Below, one piece after another: positions 45,083 through 55,413 of a stretch of DNA of 64,000 nt. The stretch lies in contig OY970368.1 in NCBI GenBank assembly GCA_963718615.1, positions 1 through 64,000 on the forward strand, given 5' to 3'. The DNA is from an uncultured cyanobacterium. GTDB lineage: Bacteria > Cyanobacteriota > Cyanobacteriia > PCC-9006 > JAAUQQ01. Numbering within the stretch: position 1 is the first letter of the stretch; every line of letters starts with the position of its first letter. The position numbers and the translations under genes are program-made. The notes beneath the pieces were generated by a model. The model did not search any database. It worked only from the letters and a program-made list of their open reading frames with translations, and was not told where the DNA came from.

Positions 45083-46303
45083 ATGCAATCCGGCTTCCGC
45101 ATCGGTTCGGTGTTTGGCATTCCGCTCCAGATCCATCCCTCTTGGATTGTGATTGTGGCGCTATTGACCTTCTCGAACGGCTGGGACTGGCAACTGGCCT
45201 ATCCCAGTTGGGGTGGGCCGCTGGCTTGGGGGATGGGGTTCCTGGCGGCGCTGTTGTTATTTGGCTCGGTGCTGCTCCATGAGCTGGGCCACAGCCTTAC
45301 GGCCCGCGCCCAGGGGATCCAGGTGAATTCGATTACGCTGTTTTTGTTTGGCGGCATTGCTTCGATTAATCGGGAGTCCAAGACGCCGGGGGAAGCCTTT
45401 CAAGTGGCGATCGCCGGTCCTGCGGTCAGCATCGTTCTCTCGCTGCTGCTCTTTGGTCTGGCGACGATTTTACCCGCTCAAAATCCGGCTCAAGTGCTCG
45501 CGGCGGAGTTGGCCCAAATTAATTTGGTCGTAGCGCTGTTTAATTTGATTCCGGGGTTGCCGCTGGATGGCGGGCAGGTGTTTAAGGCAGCGGTGTGGAA
45601 GGTGACGGGCGATCGCTTCAAGGGCGTTCGGTGGGCGGCGAAGTCGGGGCTGATTTTGGGCTGGGGGGCGATCGCCCTCGGTCTCTTTACCTTGCTAGCG
45701 TTCCAAAGCGGCAGTGGCATTTGGCTGATGCTCCTGGGCTGGTTCGGCGTACAAAATGCCCAATCCTACAGCCGTCTGACGACGCTCCAAGAAAGCTTGG
45801 TCACAACCAAGGCCAGTGATGCAATGACGCGTCAGTTCAAGGTGCTCGACGGTCAGCTCAGTGTGGACTCGTTTATCGAACTGTATTTCCAAGCCTCGGC
45901 TCAGGATGGAGCAAAACTGCCGGTGCCCTACTACGCGGCTACGGATGGACGCTACAACGGCTTGCTCAAGGTCAGCGCCTTGCAAGGGGTAGAGCGCAGC
46001 CAGTGGCAAACGCGCCAGCTTCTAGAATTTGCCCAGCCCCTCAGTGAAATTCCGAGTGTGACGGAGGAAGAAACAGCACTGCGGGTCATTCAGAAAATGG
46101 AAGGGGAAAATCTCAGTTTCATCACGGTCCTGACGCCAGCGGGGGCGGTTGCGGGGGTGATTGATCGGGGGGATTTGGTTCAGGCTGTGGGGAAAACCCT
46201 AGGCCTCAAGTTCTCTAGTGAGGATATTCAACGGATTAAGCTGGACGGGAGTTATCCGTCGGGGTTGCAGTTGGGGGCGATCGCCCAGGCCACCGATCCC
46301 TAA
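45083..46303 (+). CDS. site-2 protease (M50) with CBS-like C-terminus
   Basis: HELGH, LFLFGG, AGP and FNLIPGLPLDGG. Confidence 0.93.
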   Translation: MQSGFRIGSVFGIPLQIHPSWIVIVALLTFSNGWDWQLAYPSWGGPLAWGMGFLAALLLFGSVLLHELGHSLTARAQGIQVNSITLFLFGGIASINRESKTPGEAFQVAIAGPAVSIVLSLLLFGLATILPAQNPAQVLAAELAQINLVVALFNLIPGLPLDGGQVFKAAVWKVTGDRFKGVRWAAKSGLILGWGAIALGLFTLLAFQSGSGIWLMLLGWFGVQNAQSYSRLTTLQESLVTTKASDAMTRQFKVLDGQLSVDSFIELYFQASAQDGAKLPVPYYAATDGRYNGLLKVSALQGVERSQWQTRQLLEFAQPLSEIPSVTEEETALRVIQKMEGENLSFITVLTPAGAVAGVIDRGDLVQAVGKTLGLKFSSEDIQRIKLDGSYPSGLQLGAIAQATDP

Positions 46304-46456
46304 ATTTTCTGGCTTGATACTGTGGGTTAGGGAGTGCGCTAGACATGTGGGTGGACACTGTGCCCGGTTAGCAAGAGCGATGGTTTTAGATGAACAATCC
46401 AAAGGTTTAGACCACCACTGATATATCCTGACCCCTTTAGGACTACCAACCTCAGC

Positions 46457-46864
46457 TCAAGTCAGCCCCTCCCAGTCCTCAAGCTGTAACCCACCGACAC
46501 GGTCAAACTCTCTTGTGTTGTGAGTCACTAAAGTTAGATTGTTCGCTAACGCGATCGCCGCAATCTGCAAATCATAGGAACCAATCGGAGTCCCTGCACC
46601 TGCGAGTTGTGCCCGAATTTGGCCAGCCAAAACAGCTGCCTCATCCTCAAACGGCAGCGAGATAAACCGTGACAAAAAAGTCCGCTGTCGCTCTAGTGTC
46701 CGTTGTGGGTTATTGCTCCGACAAGCACCATAAAACAGCTCAGCTTTGACCACAGAGCAAACCGCGATCTCGTCAGTAGGCGTCGCCAACAAGCGATCGC
46801 GCACCGATTCTGAACGACCATTCAAATACACCACGCAAACATTCGTATCCAGCAAATAGCGCAT
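46457..46864 (-). CDS. vapC: VapC PIN-domain toxin
   Basis: YLLDTN, AEL..G, DLQIAAIA and LVTHNTREF. Confidence 0.93.
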   Translation of the reverse strand: MRYLLDTNVCVVYLNGRSESVRDRLLATPTDEIAVCSVVKAELFYGACRSNNPQRTLERQRTFLSRFISLPFEDEAAVLAGQIRAQLAGAGTPIGSYDLQIAAIALANNLTLVTHNTREFDRVGGLQLEDWEGLT

Positions 46865-46866
46865 CC

Positions 46867-47112
46867 CTACTCAAACGCCCCCGCCAAATCCCCATCGAGC
46901 CCATCCAAAATTCCCGCATCGTCAATGCTGATCTCATCATCCGCGCAGATGCCATAGAGATCTTCTAAGGGTAAAACGTCAACCGGACCCGCTGACGCAG
47001 CTTGATAGATCACCATGACCTCGACATCTCGATCAGTGAGCCCAACTGGAATCTCAAGATGCAGAATGCCATCTTGCCCGACCCGTTGGCGTACTTTAAT
47101 GCTTTCCATCAT
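46867..47112 (-). CDS. putative antitoxin
   Basis: Small ORF 2 nt upstream of vapC with an acidic C-terminus. Confidence 0.75.
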   Translation of the reverse strand: MMESIKVRQRVGQDGILHLEIPVGLTDRDVEVMVIYQAASAGPVDVLPLEDLYGICADDEISIDDAGILDGLDGDLAGAFE

Positions 47113-47298
47113 AGCTGCTTCCTCCTAATCAATTTCCCCACCAATTCCTTGCAGGCTAGTCCTTTTAATCATCGATTTCATCTTCCGTGACAGGCGGGGT
47201 CGCAGGCGGGGTCGTTGTCGTTGCAGTTATGGGGCGGCCTAGAATCGGATATCCCCTAGCCTAACAGCCGTGGATGATGGCGTAGCCGAGTTTTATCC

Positions 47299-47940
47299 CT
47301 AATCCCTCAATTCCCCAAGCTGACGCCTTACCCAAGTCCGAAATACCTTCACCAACGCTAAGTAATCCATCGTTTTCGCTTGCTGCAAGAAGCCTGCAAT
47401 GTCCGGAATGGGCAAATCCGCAAAAAACTGACTCCTTTGCGCCGTCACGTACTGGCCCTCCTGCAACTGCTTGATCGCTAAAGACAGGCCGTCGTAGATC
47501 CAAACCTCGCTCACCCCCAAATTTGCATAAACTTCAAGGCGATTTTTAGAGCTGCTCGTCAGATCAATTTCAATCACCAGGTCCGGAGCAGGGTCTTCTG
47601 TCAAATCCAAACGGTCCTTGCCCCGCACCGCAGCAATGCGTCGAATATAAAAACACTTATCCGGTTCCGCCCCACTCAGCTCTGGTCGTTTCAAGGTCGT
47701 TGACCCGAGGGGGTAGAGTTCAAGCTCAGTCTCCTCCGCCAGGGTTTCAACAAATCGACCCAAGACTTCTTTGCCCAGTTCATGTTCAGGGGAGGGGGCC
47801 ATAATTTCCAATCGTCCACAGTTGTAGGTCAGGCGAAGACGGCGATCGCTCAGCTCCGACAACAGTGCTTCATAGGTTCGCCAGCTAATCCCAGAGAGAG
47901 AAATTGACTCGGTGGCAGAGGGGAGCAGGGTTGCAGTCAT
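47299..47940 (-). CDS. Uma2-family endonuclease
   Basis: ISW..Y, LEIM.P..EHE, EPD.CFY, PDLVIEID and LGV.EVW. Confidence 0.92.
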   Translation of the reverse strand: MTATLLPSATESISLSGISWRTYEALLSELSDRRLRLTYNCGRLEIMAPSPEHELGKEVLGRFVETLAEETELELYPLGSTTLKRPELSGAEPDKCFYIRRIAAVRGKDRLDLTEDPAPDLVIEIDLTSSSKNRLEVYANLGVSEVWIYDGLSLAIKQLQEGQYVTAQRSQFFADLPIPDIAGFLQQAKTMDYLALVKVFRTWVRRQLGELRD

Positions 47941-47991
47941 GGCCCAAGGCAATGGAATGGATCAACCGCCTTTAACTTAGCATTTCGTTCC

Positions 47992-48792
47992 TTAGCGTTT
48001 CGAGGCTGAGCAGTTCGAGCGATCGAGAATGGCCTGCACCTCCGCCCAATCCCCTGGGGTTAACTCCCGCCGTTCAAACGCCACATCCCAACAATCCGCC
48101 GCTGCTGTCACCAGAGCCTCAATAATTTGCTGCCGACCGGCTTCTCCCTGGAAAGACTTGGGTAATTCAGGGACCTCAGGCAATTCAGGGAATTCAGGCA
48201 AAGACCTGCTGCCACCAAAGACGCTTTGCAGCAGCGCTGGGTCTGGGTTGAGCCGCATCGAACCATGCTGAAGCACCGCCCCCGCTCGCCAAAGCTGCGC
48301 GCTGCCAATGAACTTAGCTCCATTCTCCAAGACCAAATCCGCCCCCGTCGCCGTGCCAAAGCAGTTGGGATTGTGGATGTAGCCCCGACCGGCGCTGCCA
48401 TAGCTAAGCGAAACGCCCAGCCGCTGCCAGCCCTTTATCAAAAATTCACAAATCTGGGCGTAAACCGCCGTTCGTTTGCCCTGGAAGCGATCGCTCACCA
48501 CTCCATAGGTCAAATCTCCCTGGTGCAATACTGCCCGTCCGCCACTAGGCCGCCGCACCAGATCGATCGGTCGGTCCTGCCACACTAATCCAGACCAATG
48601 GTCCGGCCAACGTCGCTGGTGGTATCCCAAGGAAATCGCCGCCGGTTGCCAGCCATAAAACCGTAGCGTTGGTGGCATTCGTCCCGCCAAATGTTGCTCC
48701 AAAAGCCAAGCATCCAGCGCCATTTGTACTGCACCGGATGCTTCGAAGTAGGGGATGAATTGGTAGCGATCGCCCATCAGGAATGCGTTCAA
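47992..48792 (-). CDS. lipoate-protein ligase A family protein
   Basis: MALD, PTLRFY.W, SLG, RRPSGGRAVLH, K.IGSAQ and LQHGS. Confidence 0.9.
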   Translation of the reverse strand: MNAFLMGDRYQFIPYFEASGAVQMALDAWLLEQHLAGRMPPTLRFYGWQPAAISLGYHQRRWPDHWSGLVWQDRPIDLVRRPSGGRAVLHQGDLTYGVVSDRFQGKRTAVYAQICEFLIKGWQRLGVSLSYGSAGRGYIHNPNCFGTATGADLVLENGAKFIGSAQLWRAGAVLQHGSMRLNPDPALLQSVFGGSRSLPEFPELPEVPELPKSFQGEAGRQQIIEALVTAAADCWDVAFERRELTPGDWAEVQAILDRSNCSASKR

Positions 48793-48829
48793 CCCATTGA
48801 CGGCCTAGACCTTCCTAGACGCCTAACGC

Positions 48830-49309
48830 CTAGCCTCCTAACTCCGCCTTCAGCGAAGCCTGATACTCATCCGCCAGCGAGGCCACGATCGTAATCGCCC
48901 GAGAGGTTTCCCCCGCAGACAGCTCTGCCAGGGTTCGGCTACTGACCACCACAATTTTGTCGTTGAGTAATGCAAACCGGGCTTCTAAGGTCGTCGTCCA
49001 GTTGAGTTCCAGCAATCTTTGCAGGAGCGACGCAGGCACCGGGCTCGGCATTTCCAGTAGACCCGCCCACACCGTCAGCGTATCGTCATCCGTGAGGCCC
49101 GTGAGCTGTACAAAAACCTCAACCTGACCGTAGCAAAACTTCCACAGATAACCTTCCTGCGCATGGCTCACCATGGCAGAGCCCTCTTTTTCAAGGCTGG
49201 AAATCACTGTTTCAATCATCTCGATGTAGCCAGGAGCGGCATCAGCCTGCTCTGAGGACATCTCTTCCGCACTTTCTAGCTCAGGGGTATGGAGGGGCAT
49301 AGCAATCAT
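48830..49309 (-). CDS. YbjN-domain (T3S chaperone-like) protein
   Basis: IETVI..L, WKF.YG.VEVFVQL and LLELNW..T.EARF. Confidence 0.8.
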   Translation of the reverse strand: MIAMPLHTPELESAEEMSSEQADAAPGYIEMIETVISSLEKEGSAMVSHAQEGYLWKFCYGQVEVFVQLTGLTDDDTLTVWAGLLEMPSPVPASLLQRLLELNWTTTLEARFALLNDKIVVVSSRTLAELSAGETSRAITIVASLADEYQASLKAELGG

Positions 49310-49344
49310 CTCTCAGCAAAGGCTCAGCGAACTCTCAGCCAGCT

Positions 49345-49680
49345 TTAGGCAGACGCAGGCAACATAGAGGCTTCAAAAGCAGCACGGCTCTCAAAAACAT
49401 CGAAGGCCTGATCCATCCCGCTTAGCTCAAATACCATTTTAATCTGGGCATTGGGGCCACAGACACAAAACTGACGTCCCGCCGCCCGGACGCGCTTCAA
49501 AATAGAAACTAAAACCCCTAGCCCCGAGCTGTCCACAAAAGTGGTGTCACTCAGATCGATTAATACAACGGGAGAGGCCCCACCCAACAGGTGGTCAACC
49601 TCTGCCCGCAGTTCATCAACCCGCGTGCCATCCAGAATACCAGCGGGGCAAATTACGTCAAATAGAGCGCTCACAGACAT
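49345..49680 (-). CDS. STAS anti-sigma-factor antagonist
   Basis: FVDSSGLG.L and FELSGMD. Confidence 0.9.
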   Translation of the reverse strand: MSVSALFDVICPAGILDGTRVDELRAEVDHLLGGASPVVLIDLSDTTFVDSSGLGVLVSILKRVRAAGRQFCVCGPNAQIKMVFELSGMDQAFDVFESRAAFEASMLPASA

Positions 49681-49827
49681 CTATCTTTAAACCCTAAAGC
49701 ATCAAATTTAAAGCCGTCATCCCAGCGAATCTTGATTGAAGGTCGCTTAATTAAGATACTACCCAGAAAAAATTCGTATCTCTCGTGCTTCAACGTATTT
49801 TCAATTACGGCGGAGTCAGGGTTGGGG

Positions 49828-50322
49828 TCAGGCCAGGAGTTCAAAAAAACCATCATCCAGCTCATAACCGAGGAGTTGGGTCATGCTCTTGATCCGGACT
49901 TTCCCTTCAATACCTTGATTTTGCAGCCACCCATGCAGCAGAAACACCCGTTGCATTACCCAAATTTCTAGCGCTTCAGGATTGTATTGGATTCCCTCCG
50001 TGGGATGAAATTGATGCGGAACCAGCATGGCCACGTAGCGACCTAACTCTCCGCCCTTCCAGTCCAAAAAAAACGGTAGCCAAGGATACCGAGCATCAAG
50101 ACGAATAAACCATAGCCTGATCTCTGGGATTTCAGACCATTCACGTGGATCACCAGGCTCCTGGGGATAGTCAATGGCAAAGGTCAAGCAGTTTTCCGTC
50201 AGGGATCCATTGTGAACTCCCTGAAAAACCTGAAGGATCGATTCGGCGATCGCCAAGTCAAGGCGCTCAAGGGTAGGGGCGTCAAGGGCGATCGAGGTCA
50301 GCATAGCGATATCAAACACCAA
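49828..50322 (-). CDS. crr6: CRR6-family NDH-1 maturation factor (DUF1817)
   Basis: DPRE.SEIPEIRLWFIRLDA.YPWLP and AMLVPHQF...EGI.YNPEALE. Confidence 0.88.
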   Translation of the reverse strand: MVFDIAMLTSIALDAPTLERLDLAIAESILQVFQGVHNGSLTENCLTFAIDYPQEPGDPREWSEIPEIRLWFIRLDARYPWLPFFLDWKGGELGRYVAMLVPHQFHPTEGIQYNPEALEIWVMQRVFLLHGWLQNQGIEGKVRIKSMTQLLGYELDDGFFELLA

Positions 50323-50527
50323 GGAGAGCCTATTCAGGGTAGCCTAACTCGGCTTAACACAATACACGACTCACAGGTCACAGCCAGCCAGCCACGGTCA
50401 GCAAATCAAAAATCGCGAACAGCAAATTGTAGACCCTGGTGAAAATAGATCTGCTACTTAAGATACGATTCAATGCAATCCGACAAGATTGAATAAATAG
50501 GGGTTAAACCATCGTCAAATTTAAACT

Positions 50528-50881
50528 TTATTTAAGCTGAGTAACGGAGGGATAAGATACTTTTCGGGGGGAGTGAGTTGAACGATCGCTTCTAATTCTT
50601 TCCGACAAAGAATCTGAAAACGAGTCTGACAACGACTCCGGCAAGGCCTCAGACATTTCTTCCAAGGAAAAGGGTCCCACCAAGAGGGGAGAATCCAGCT
50701 CTTCTGAAATCGGAACAGCAAAGGGAGGCTTAGCAAGCGAACAAGCTTGCCAAACGCTTTGAACCGGTACACCAAGCTGATCACAGCTCCCGCCCCGGCG
50801 GCCTTCTGGCTCGTAAAAGCGGCAATATTGACATCTGGAAACGAGGTTATTTTGCGCTTGCATTGGCTTTGGCGCTGGCAT
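50528..50881 (-). CDS. cyanobacterial Cys-rich hypothetical protein
   Basis: CQYCRFYEPEGRRGG.C..LGVPV...W.AC. Confidence 0.75.
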   Translation of the reverse strand: MPAPKPMQAQNNLVSRCQYCRFYEPEGRRGGSCDQLGVPVQSVWQACSLAKPPFAVPISEELDSPLLVGPFSLEEMSEALPESLSDSFSDSLSERIRSDRSTHSPRKVSYPSVTQLK

Positions 50882-51373
50882 GAGGATTAATAGTTAAGGC
50901 CCTTCGGCGCTCCGTCTTCTATGATGAATCAACCTGAGTAGGAAGACTCCATCACTTAAGAGTTTCTAAAGGCCTGACGATACTCCTATTCTAGACAGTT
51001 TTTTGAGTGAATTTTGACTTTAGATTTTCTTTCGTTTTTCGTTATATTTGGCAATACGAAGTATCTTTAAGAGAATGCAACAGTCTAGTGAAATAGGGAC
51101 TCATTTCTACGGGTTTTTAACCAGGATCAAGGGGGCTCAAAGTGAGCGATCGCCTCAAAAACGAATCTTTCAACAGGATTTCAGATCCAATTTCCGTAAT
51201 TTTAATGAGGCAAGACTCCCCTAAATCAGACAAAAGACGGAACCCTTCAGCGTCAAGAAACTTCAAGATTTTTCAAGCCTTCACTACTGCCGGGATTAAA
51301 AGCAGGTGCTGAAATGAGTGACTTCTGCCGATAGAGCCCAAGTACTATTTCAAGCATCATTTCAAGCATCATT

Positions 51374-51973
51374 TCAAGCACCATTGGGCTGATTGGCCCG
51401 CATGTCCGCTTGCCACTTCTGGGTAGCACAAAAAGCACATTGGGACCAACGCTTTAACTCGCCGCCAGGGGTCGGACATTGGCAGCGAGGACAGAGGGGA
51501 AGGGCTTGATTTTGCCGGGTCTGACGCTCTGCCCAGCGCTGAAACCCGTGAGTTGGCCGTAGATCCGTAAGGAGGAGGGGGGAATCCTCGGGGGCGGGCG
51601 GGAGGCGGCTGGGATGCTGTTGCCACCGCAGTTGCTCCTCCTGAGATTGCAGACGACGGGCAGGATCCGTGGGGGAATTGTGCCACTGGGCGGTGGAGAA
51701 GCGAATGTCCTTGAGATTGAGCGATCGCAATTGTACGTTTTGGTTGAGCTTGGTCAACAGCCGCTGGCGCTCAAAGCTGAGATTTTGCGCCCAGACCGCA
51801 GCTGAGGTTGCCACTTGCAGGACTTGACGCTGAATCCCCAATGGACGAGAATGCGCCGCAACGGTTTCACCCACGAGGATAGGCCAAGCCTGGAGTAAAT
51901 ACTGAAAACTGCGCTGCTGGTCCCAAACCGGAGCCGCGCCAAACTGATTCAAAATGTGGTCTAACTGCTGCAT
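51374..51973 (-). CDS. DUF721/DciA-like protein with Zn ribbon
   Basis: W..LVG..VA.HSRP, L.VATS.A.WAQ.L and CPRC.CP...CAFC. Confidence 0.85.
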   Translation of the reverse strand: MQQLDHILNQFGAAPVWDQQRSFQYLLQAWPILVGETVAAHSRPLGIQRQVLQVATSAAVWAQNLSFERQRLLTKLNQNVQLRSLNLKDIRFSTAQWHNSPTDPARRLQSQEEQLRWQQHPSRLPPAPEDSPLLLTDLRPTHGFQRWAERQTRQNQALPLCPRCQCPTPGGELKRWSQCAFCATQKWQADMRANQPNGA

Positions 51974-52226
51974 ATTGCTCTCTTCGCCTGACCCTGGGAC
52001 CCAGGGCGATCGCCTAGTCTCCTCTCCTGCCCCCCTTTCTATTGTGACGGAGAGAACCGTAGATCAGGAAAATCAGGAGGGAGATGACAAATTCCCAAGG
52101 TCTGATATACTCTGGCAACCTAAATTCCCGCAATTCCGGGACAAGCCATTCCGGAGCACAATGTTCCAGCCCTGATTTCTGTCGACCGTTCTTTTATTGA
52201 GCGTCTTTAGCGAGCGCAACCCCGCA

Positions 52227-53699
52227 ATGAGTTTTTCTTCTGCCACGCCCCTGCTCATCAAGCCTGACCCTACTCTCAAAGGAGGGCTACAAGCGGTCCT
52301 CCGCAGCCTCGATGTCCAGCTAGAGGACGAACTCACGCGCTATCGGCGACAGAAACGCAAGCTCGCCCAGGCGGAAACTTCCTCTCCGTCCGAGCGTCAA
52401 CCCCGTCCAACTCAGGTGACAACCGCACGAGAGGCGATCGCCGATTTGAATGCGATCGCGGCCCAAGTCCCAACCGCGTCAACCCCGGCCATATCCGCGA
52501 CAACGGCTCAGCCCCAGCCTGCAATCACGACCCTTGGCAGCCTTGGCAATGTTCCCCTCCACTCCAGCCTGGTCAAAGTTGCCGAGCCCCGCGAAGCCTC
52601 TGCTCAATCTCATCCTCCGAGCCCGACGAGTAGCGGTGTTAGTACGAGTACAGATAGTCAGAATAAAGACAGTCAGAGCAAAGACAGTCTGGGTGAAGTG
52701 CCGGTCGATGACTATTTTGCCTCTTCCGCTGCGCTGCTTGAAAGTTTGGCTGCCGAGGAAGAGTTAACCGCCAACGCGGGCGATCGCACCACCGCCCCAA
52801 ACGCAACCAGCCCCTTCCTCGACAAAATGATGACTCCCGCCGGGGTCGGGGCGTCTTTGCTGCTCTTGCTGGGCAGCGCCACAGCGGGCTATTTGATCCT
52901 CCATCCGGAAAGTCTCGACCATCTGCACCTCGCAGCGCTCCTACCGGATCCCACCATCAACGCGGGGGCTCCAGCTTCGACATCCTCGGTCCAGCCTCAG
53001 GTTGTCAATCCCAAGCTTCCCCCCGGTTCACCGGATTTGAGCCAAAAGGAATTTGTCGACCTCAATCTCAGCAACCTCAGCATCATCGACCCCAATGGTG
53101 AACTAAAGCAGTCACCCATGCTCACCTCATCGGCGTTGCCTTTGGCGATCGCCCCCCAGCAATTCATGATGGCTCCAGGGGGTCTTGGGCAAGCTGGGAT
53201 AGCTGCCGGGATATCTGCCGGGACACCTGCGATCGTTCCCCCAAGCCCAAACCCAACGGCCCCTCAATCCGGCCTGCTCTCCAATCTTGCCAATTCGGTC
53301 GCCGGTCAATCTCCAGTCCAAGTCGCGACGCCCATCCCGCTGCCTTCGGTCATTCCCCCAGCCCCCACGGCAGCGTTGCCCCAATTGCCCTCTATCCCCC
53401 CGGCAGCCCCAGTTCAGCCCGCTCCACCGGCACAGACCGCTAGTCCAGCGGCTCCAAAAGCCGTGACAACGCCAAAAGCCGAGGGCAAAGCTCAGGGACA
53501 AACCTACGTAGTTTTTGCCCCCTACACCAGCGACCTGACCCTCAGCCAAATTCAGCAAATTGTCCCGGATGCCTATCTCAATGACACGGAGTCTGGCACT
53601 CAAATCCAGGCAGGCGTGTTTGAGGATGCCGACACCGCGAACTCCCTGGCCGACCAACTACAGCGGGAAGGGATCGAGGCCTCGGTCAGCCGCCGCTAG
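52227..53699 (+). CDS. membrane-anchored hypothetical protein with SPOR-like C-terminus
   Basis: LDVQLEDEL.RYRR, one TM segment, Pro-rich linker and IQAG.F.....A..L...L...GI.A. Confidence 0.75.
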   Translation: MSFSSATPLLIKPDPTLKGGLQAVLRSLDVQLEDELTRYRRQKRKLAQAETSSPSERQPRPTQVTTAREAIADLNAIAAQVPTASTPAISATTAQPQPAITTLGSLGNVPLHSSLVKVAEPREASAQSHPPSPTSSGVSTSTDSQNKDSQSKDSLGEVPVDDYFASSAALLESLAAEEELTANAGDRTTAPNATSPFLDKMMTPAGVGASLLLLLGSATAGYLILHPESLDHLHLAALLPDPTINAGAPASTSSVQPQVVNPKLPPGSPDLSQKEFVDLNLSNLSIIDPNGELKQSPMLTSSALPLAIAPQQFMMAPGGLGQAGIAAGISAGTPAIVPPSPNPTAPQSGLLSNLANSVAGQSPVQVATPIPLPSVIPPAPTAALPQLPSIPPAAPVQPAPPAQTASPAAPKAVTTPKAEGKAQGQTYVVFAPYTSDLTLSQIQQIVPDAYLNDTESGTQIQAGVFEDADTANSLADQLQREGIEASVSRR

Positions 53700-53770
53700 G
53701 GCTCCCGGATCGCGACCGAAAGAACAGGCCATAATGGAGCCAGTCAAACGCAAAGCGCGGGCGTGAAACT

Positions 53771-54481
53771 ATGGGCTTGATGGATCGGATGGGGCGGGTC
53801 GTACGGGCACAGATTACCCAATGGGTGGTGCAGGCCGAAGATCCGGAGCGATTGCTCGAACAAACCGTTCAGGAGATGCAGGATGATTTAATCCAGCTTC
53901 GGCAGGCGGTGGCTCAGGCGATCGCCACCCACAAACGCACAGAACGTCAGTTTATCCAGGCCCAAGCCCACGCCGACGAATGGCATCGTCGTGCCCATCT
54001 GGCTCTCCACAATGGCAACGAAGGACTGGCGCGGGAGGCTCTGGCCAAGCGTCAGTTTTACTTGACTACAGCCAAGACCTTAGGAGAACAGTTGCACCAA
54101 CACCGGGCAGTGGTAACCCAGATCAAACAAAGCACCCAGCACATGGAGCTGCAATTGGCCGAGGCCAAGACCAAAAGAGATATGTATCTGGCACGGGCTC
54201 GGTCTGCCCAGGCGACAAGCCGCCTCAAGGAGCGGTTGACCCCTGACAATCCCCTCGGGACAGCGGCGGTGTTTGAGCGTATGGAAGCCAGGGTTTTGGA
54301 GCTAGAGGCCGAGGCGGAGTTAATTCAGGAACGGGGGCGCGATCGCCTCACAGAGCAATTTAGGGTTTTAGAAGAGCAGCAGACGATCGATCAGGAACTC
54401 GAAGCCCTGCGCCATCAGCCCCCACCGGCCAGTGGGATAACCGAACTCAACGAGTCCGCATTCCGGAACTCGCCATCCTGA
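53771..54481 (+). CDS. pspA: PspA/IM30 family protein
   Basis: AEDPE..LEQ...M..DL, coiled coil and FERME. Confidence 0.9.
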   Translation: MGLMDRMGRVVRAQITQWVVQAEDPERLLEQTVQEMQDDLIQLRQAVAQAIATHKRTERQFIQAQAHADEWHRRAHLALHNGNEGLAREALAKRQFYLTTAKTLGEQLHQHRAVVTQIKQSTQHMELQLAEAKTKRDMYLARARSAQATSRLKERLTPDNPLGTAAVFERMEARVLELEAEAELIQERGRDRLTEQFRVLEEQQTIDQELEALRHQPPPASGITELNESAFRNSPS

Positions 54482-54538
54482 GGGTGAAGCGACTAAACTA
54501 GAACGTAACTGCTTGCTACAGGATTAAAACTTACCGTC

Positions 54539-55315
54539 ATGGGACTCTTTGACCGTATTAGCCGCGTTGTCCGCGCCAACTTGAACGACATTGTGAGTAA
54601 GGCTGAGGATCCGGAAAAGGTCCTTGAGCAGTCCGTGATTGATATGCAAGAAGACTTGATTCAGCTTCGGCAGGCGGTGGCCCAGTCCATTGCCAGTACG
54701 AAGCGAACCGAGCAGCAGTATAACCAAAATCAATCCCAAGCCAATAGCTGGCAGCAACGGGCTCAATTAGCCTTACAAAAGGGCGATGAAACCTTAGCTA
54801 GACAGGCCCTTGAGCGGAAAAAAGGCTACGCCGACACCGCCAATAGCCTCAAAGTTCAGCTCGATCAGCAAAGTGGTCAGGTGGACACGCTCAAACGCAG
54901 CCTCATTGCCCTAGAGGGCAAGATTTCTGAGGCGAAGACCAAGAAAAATATGCTCAAGGCCCGTGCCCAAGCGGCCAAGGCCCAAGAGCAACTGCAATCG
55001 GCAGTGGGCAACCTGGGGACGAGCACTGCCATGGGTGCCTTTGAGCGCATGGAAGAGAAGGTGCTCAACATGGAAGCGCGAGCCCAGGCGGCGGGCGAGC
55101 TGGGTAGGGCCGATTTGGAAAGTCAGTTTGCGAGCCTGGAAGCCGGTAGCGATGTGGAAGATGAGCTTGAAGCCATGAAGCGTCAGCTCAGCGGTGCCTC
55201 TCCGGCCCAATCGGCCTTACCTGCGGCGGAAACCCCGATTACGGATACCCCTGCCCAATCCTCGGCGGTGGATGCGGAGCTCGAAGCGCTTAAGCAACAA
55301 TTGGATAATCTTTAG
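54539..55315 (+). CDS. vipp1: Vipp1/IM30
   Basis: MGLFDRISRVVRANLN and the C-terminal extension VDAELEALK. Confidence 0.92.
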   Translation: MGLFDRISRVVRANLNDIVSKAEDPEKVLEQSVIDMQEDLIQLRQAVAQSIASTKRTEQQYNQNQSQANSWQQRAQLALQKGDETLARQALERKKGYADTANSLKVQLDQQSGQVDTLKRSLIALEGKISEAKTKKNMLKARAQAAKAQEQLQSAVGNLGTSTAMGAFERMEEKVLNMEARAQAAGELGRADLESQFASLEAGSDVEDELEAMKRQLSGASPAQSALPAAETPITDTPAQSSAVDAELEALKQQLDNL

Positions 55316-55413
55316 GGGATTTAGTGGATAATCCCTAGAAGCATCCTAAAGAAGCTGTTCTGTGGGGGTCGGAATTTCCGACCCCTTAGTTATTTTTCGC
55401 GCCTCAGCTTGAT

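Noticed and set aside
53771-55315. Tandem pspA/vipp1 paralogues as a novelty
   Set aside because: A known arrangement in cyanobacteria.
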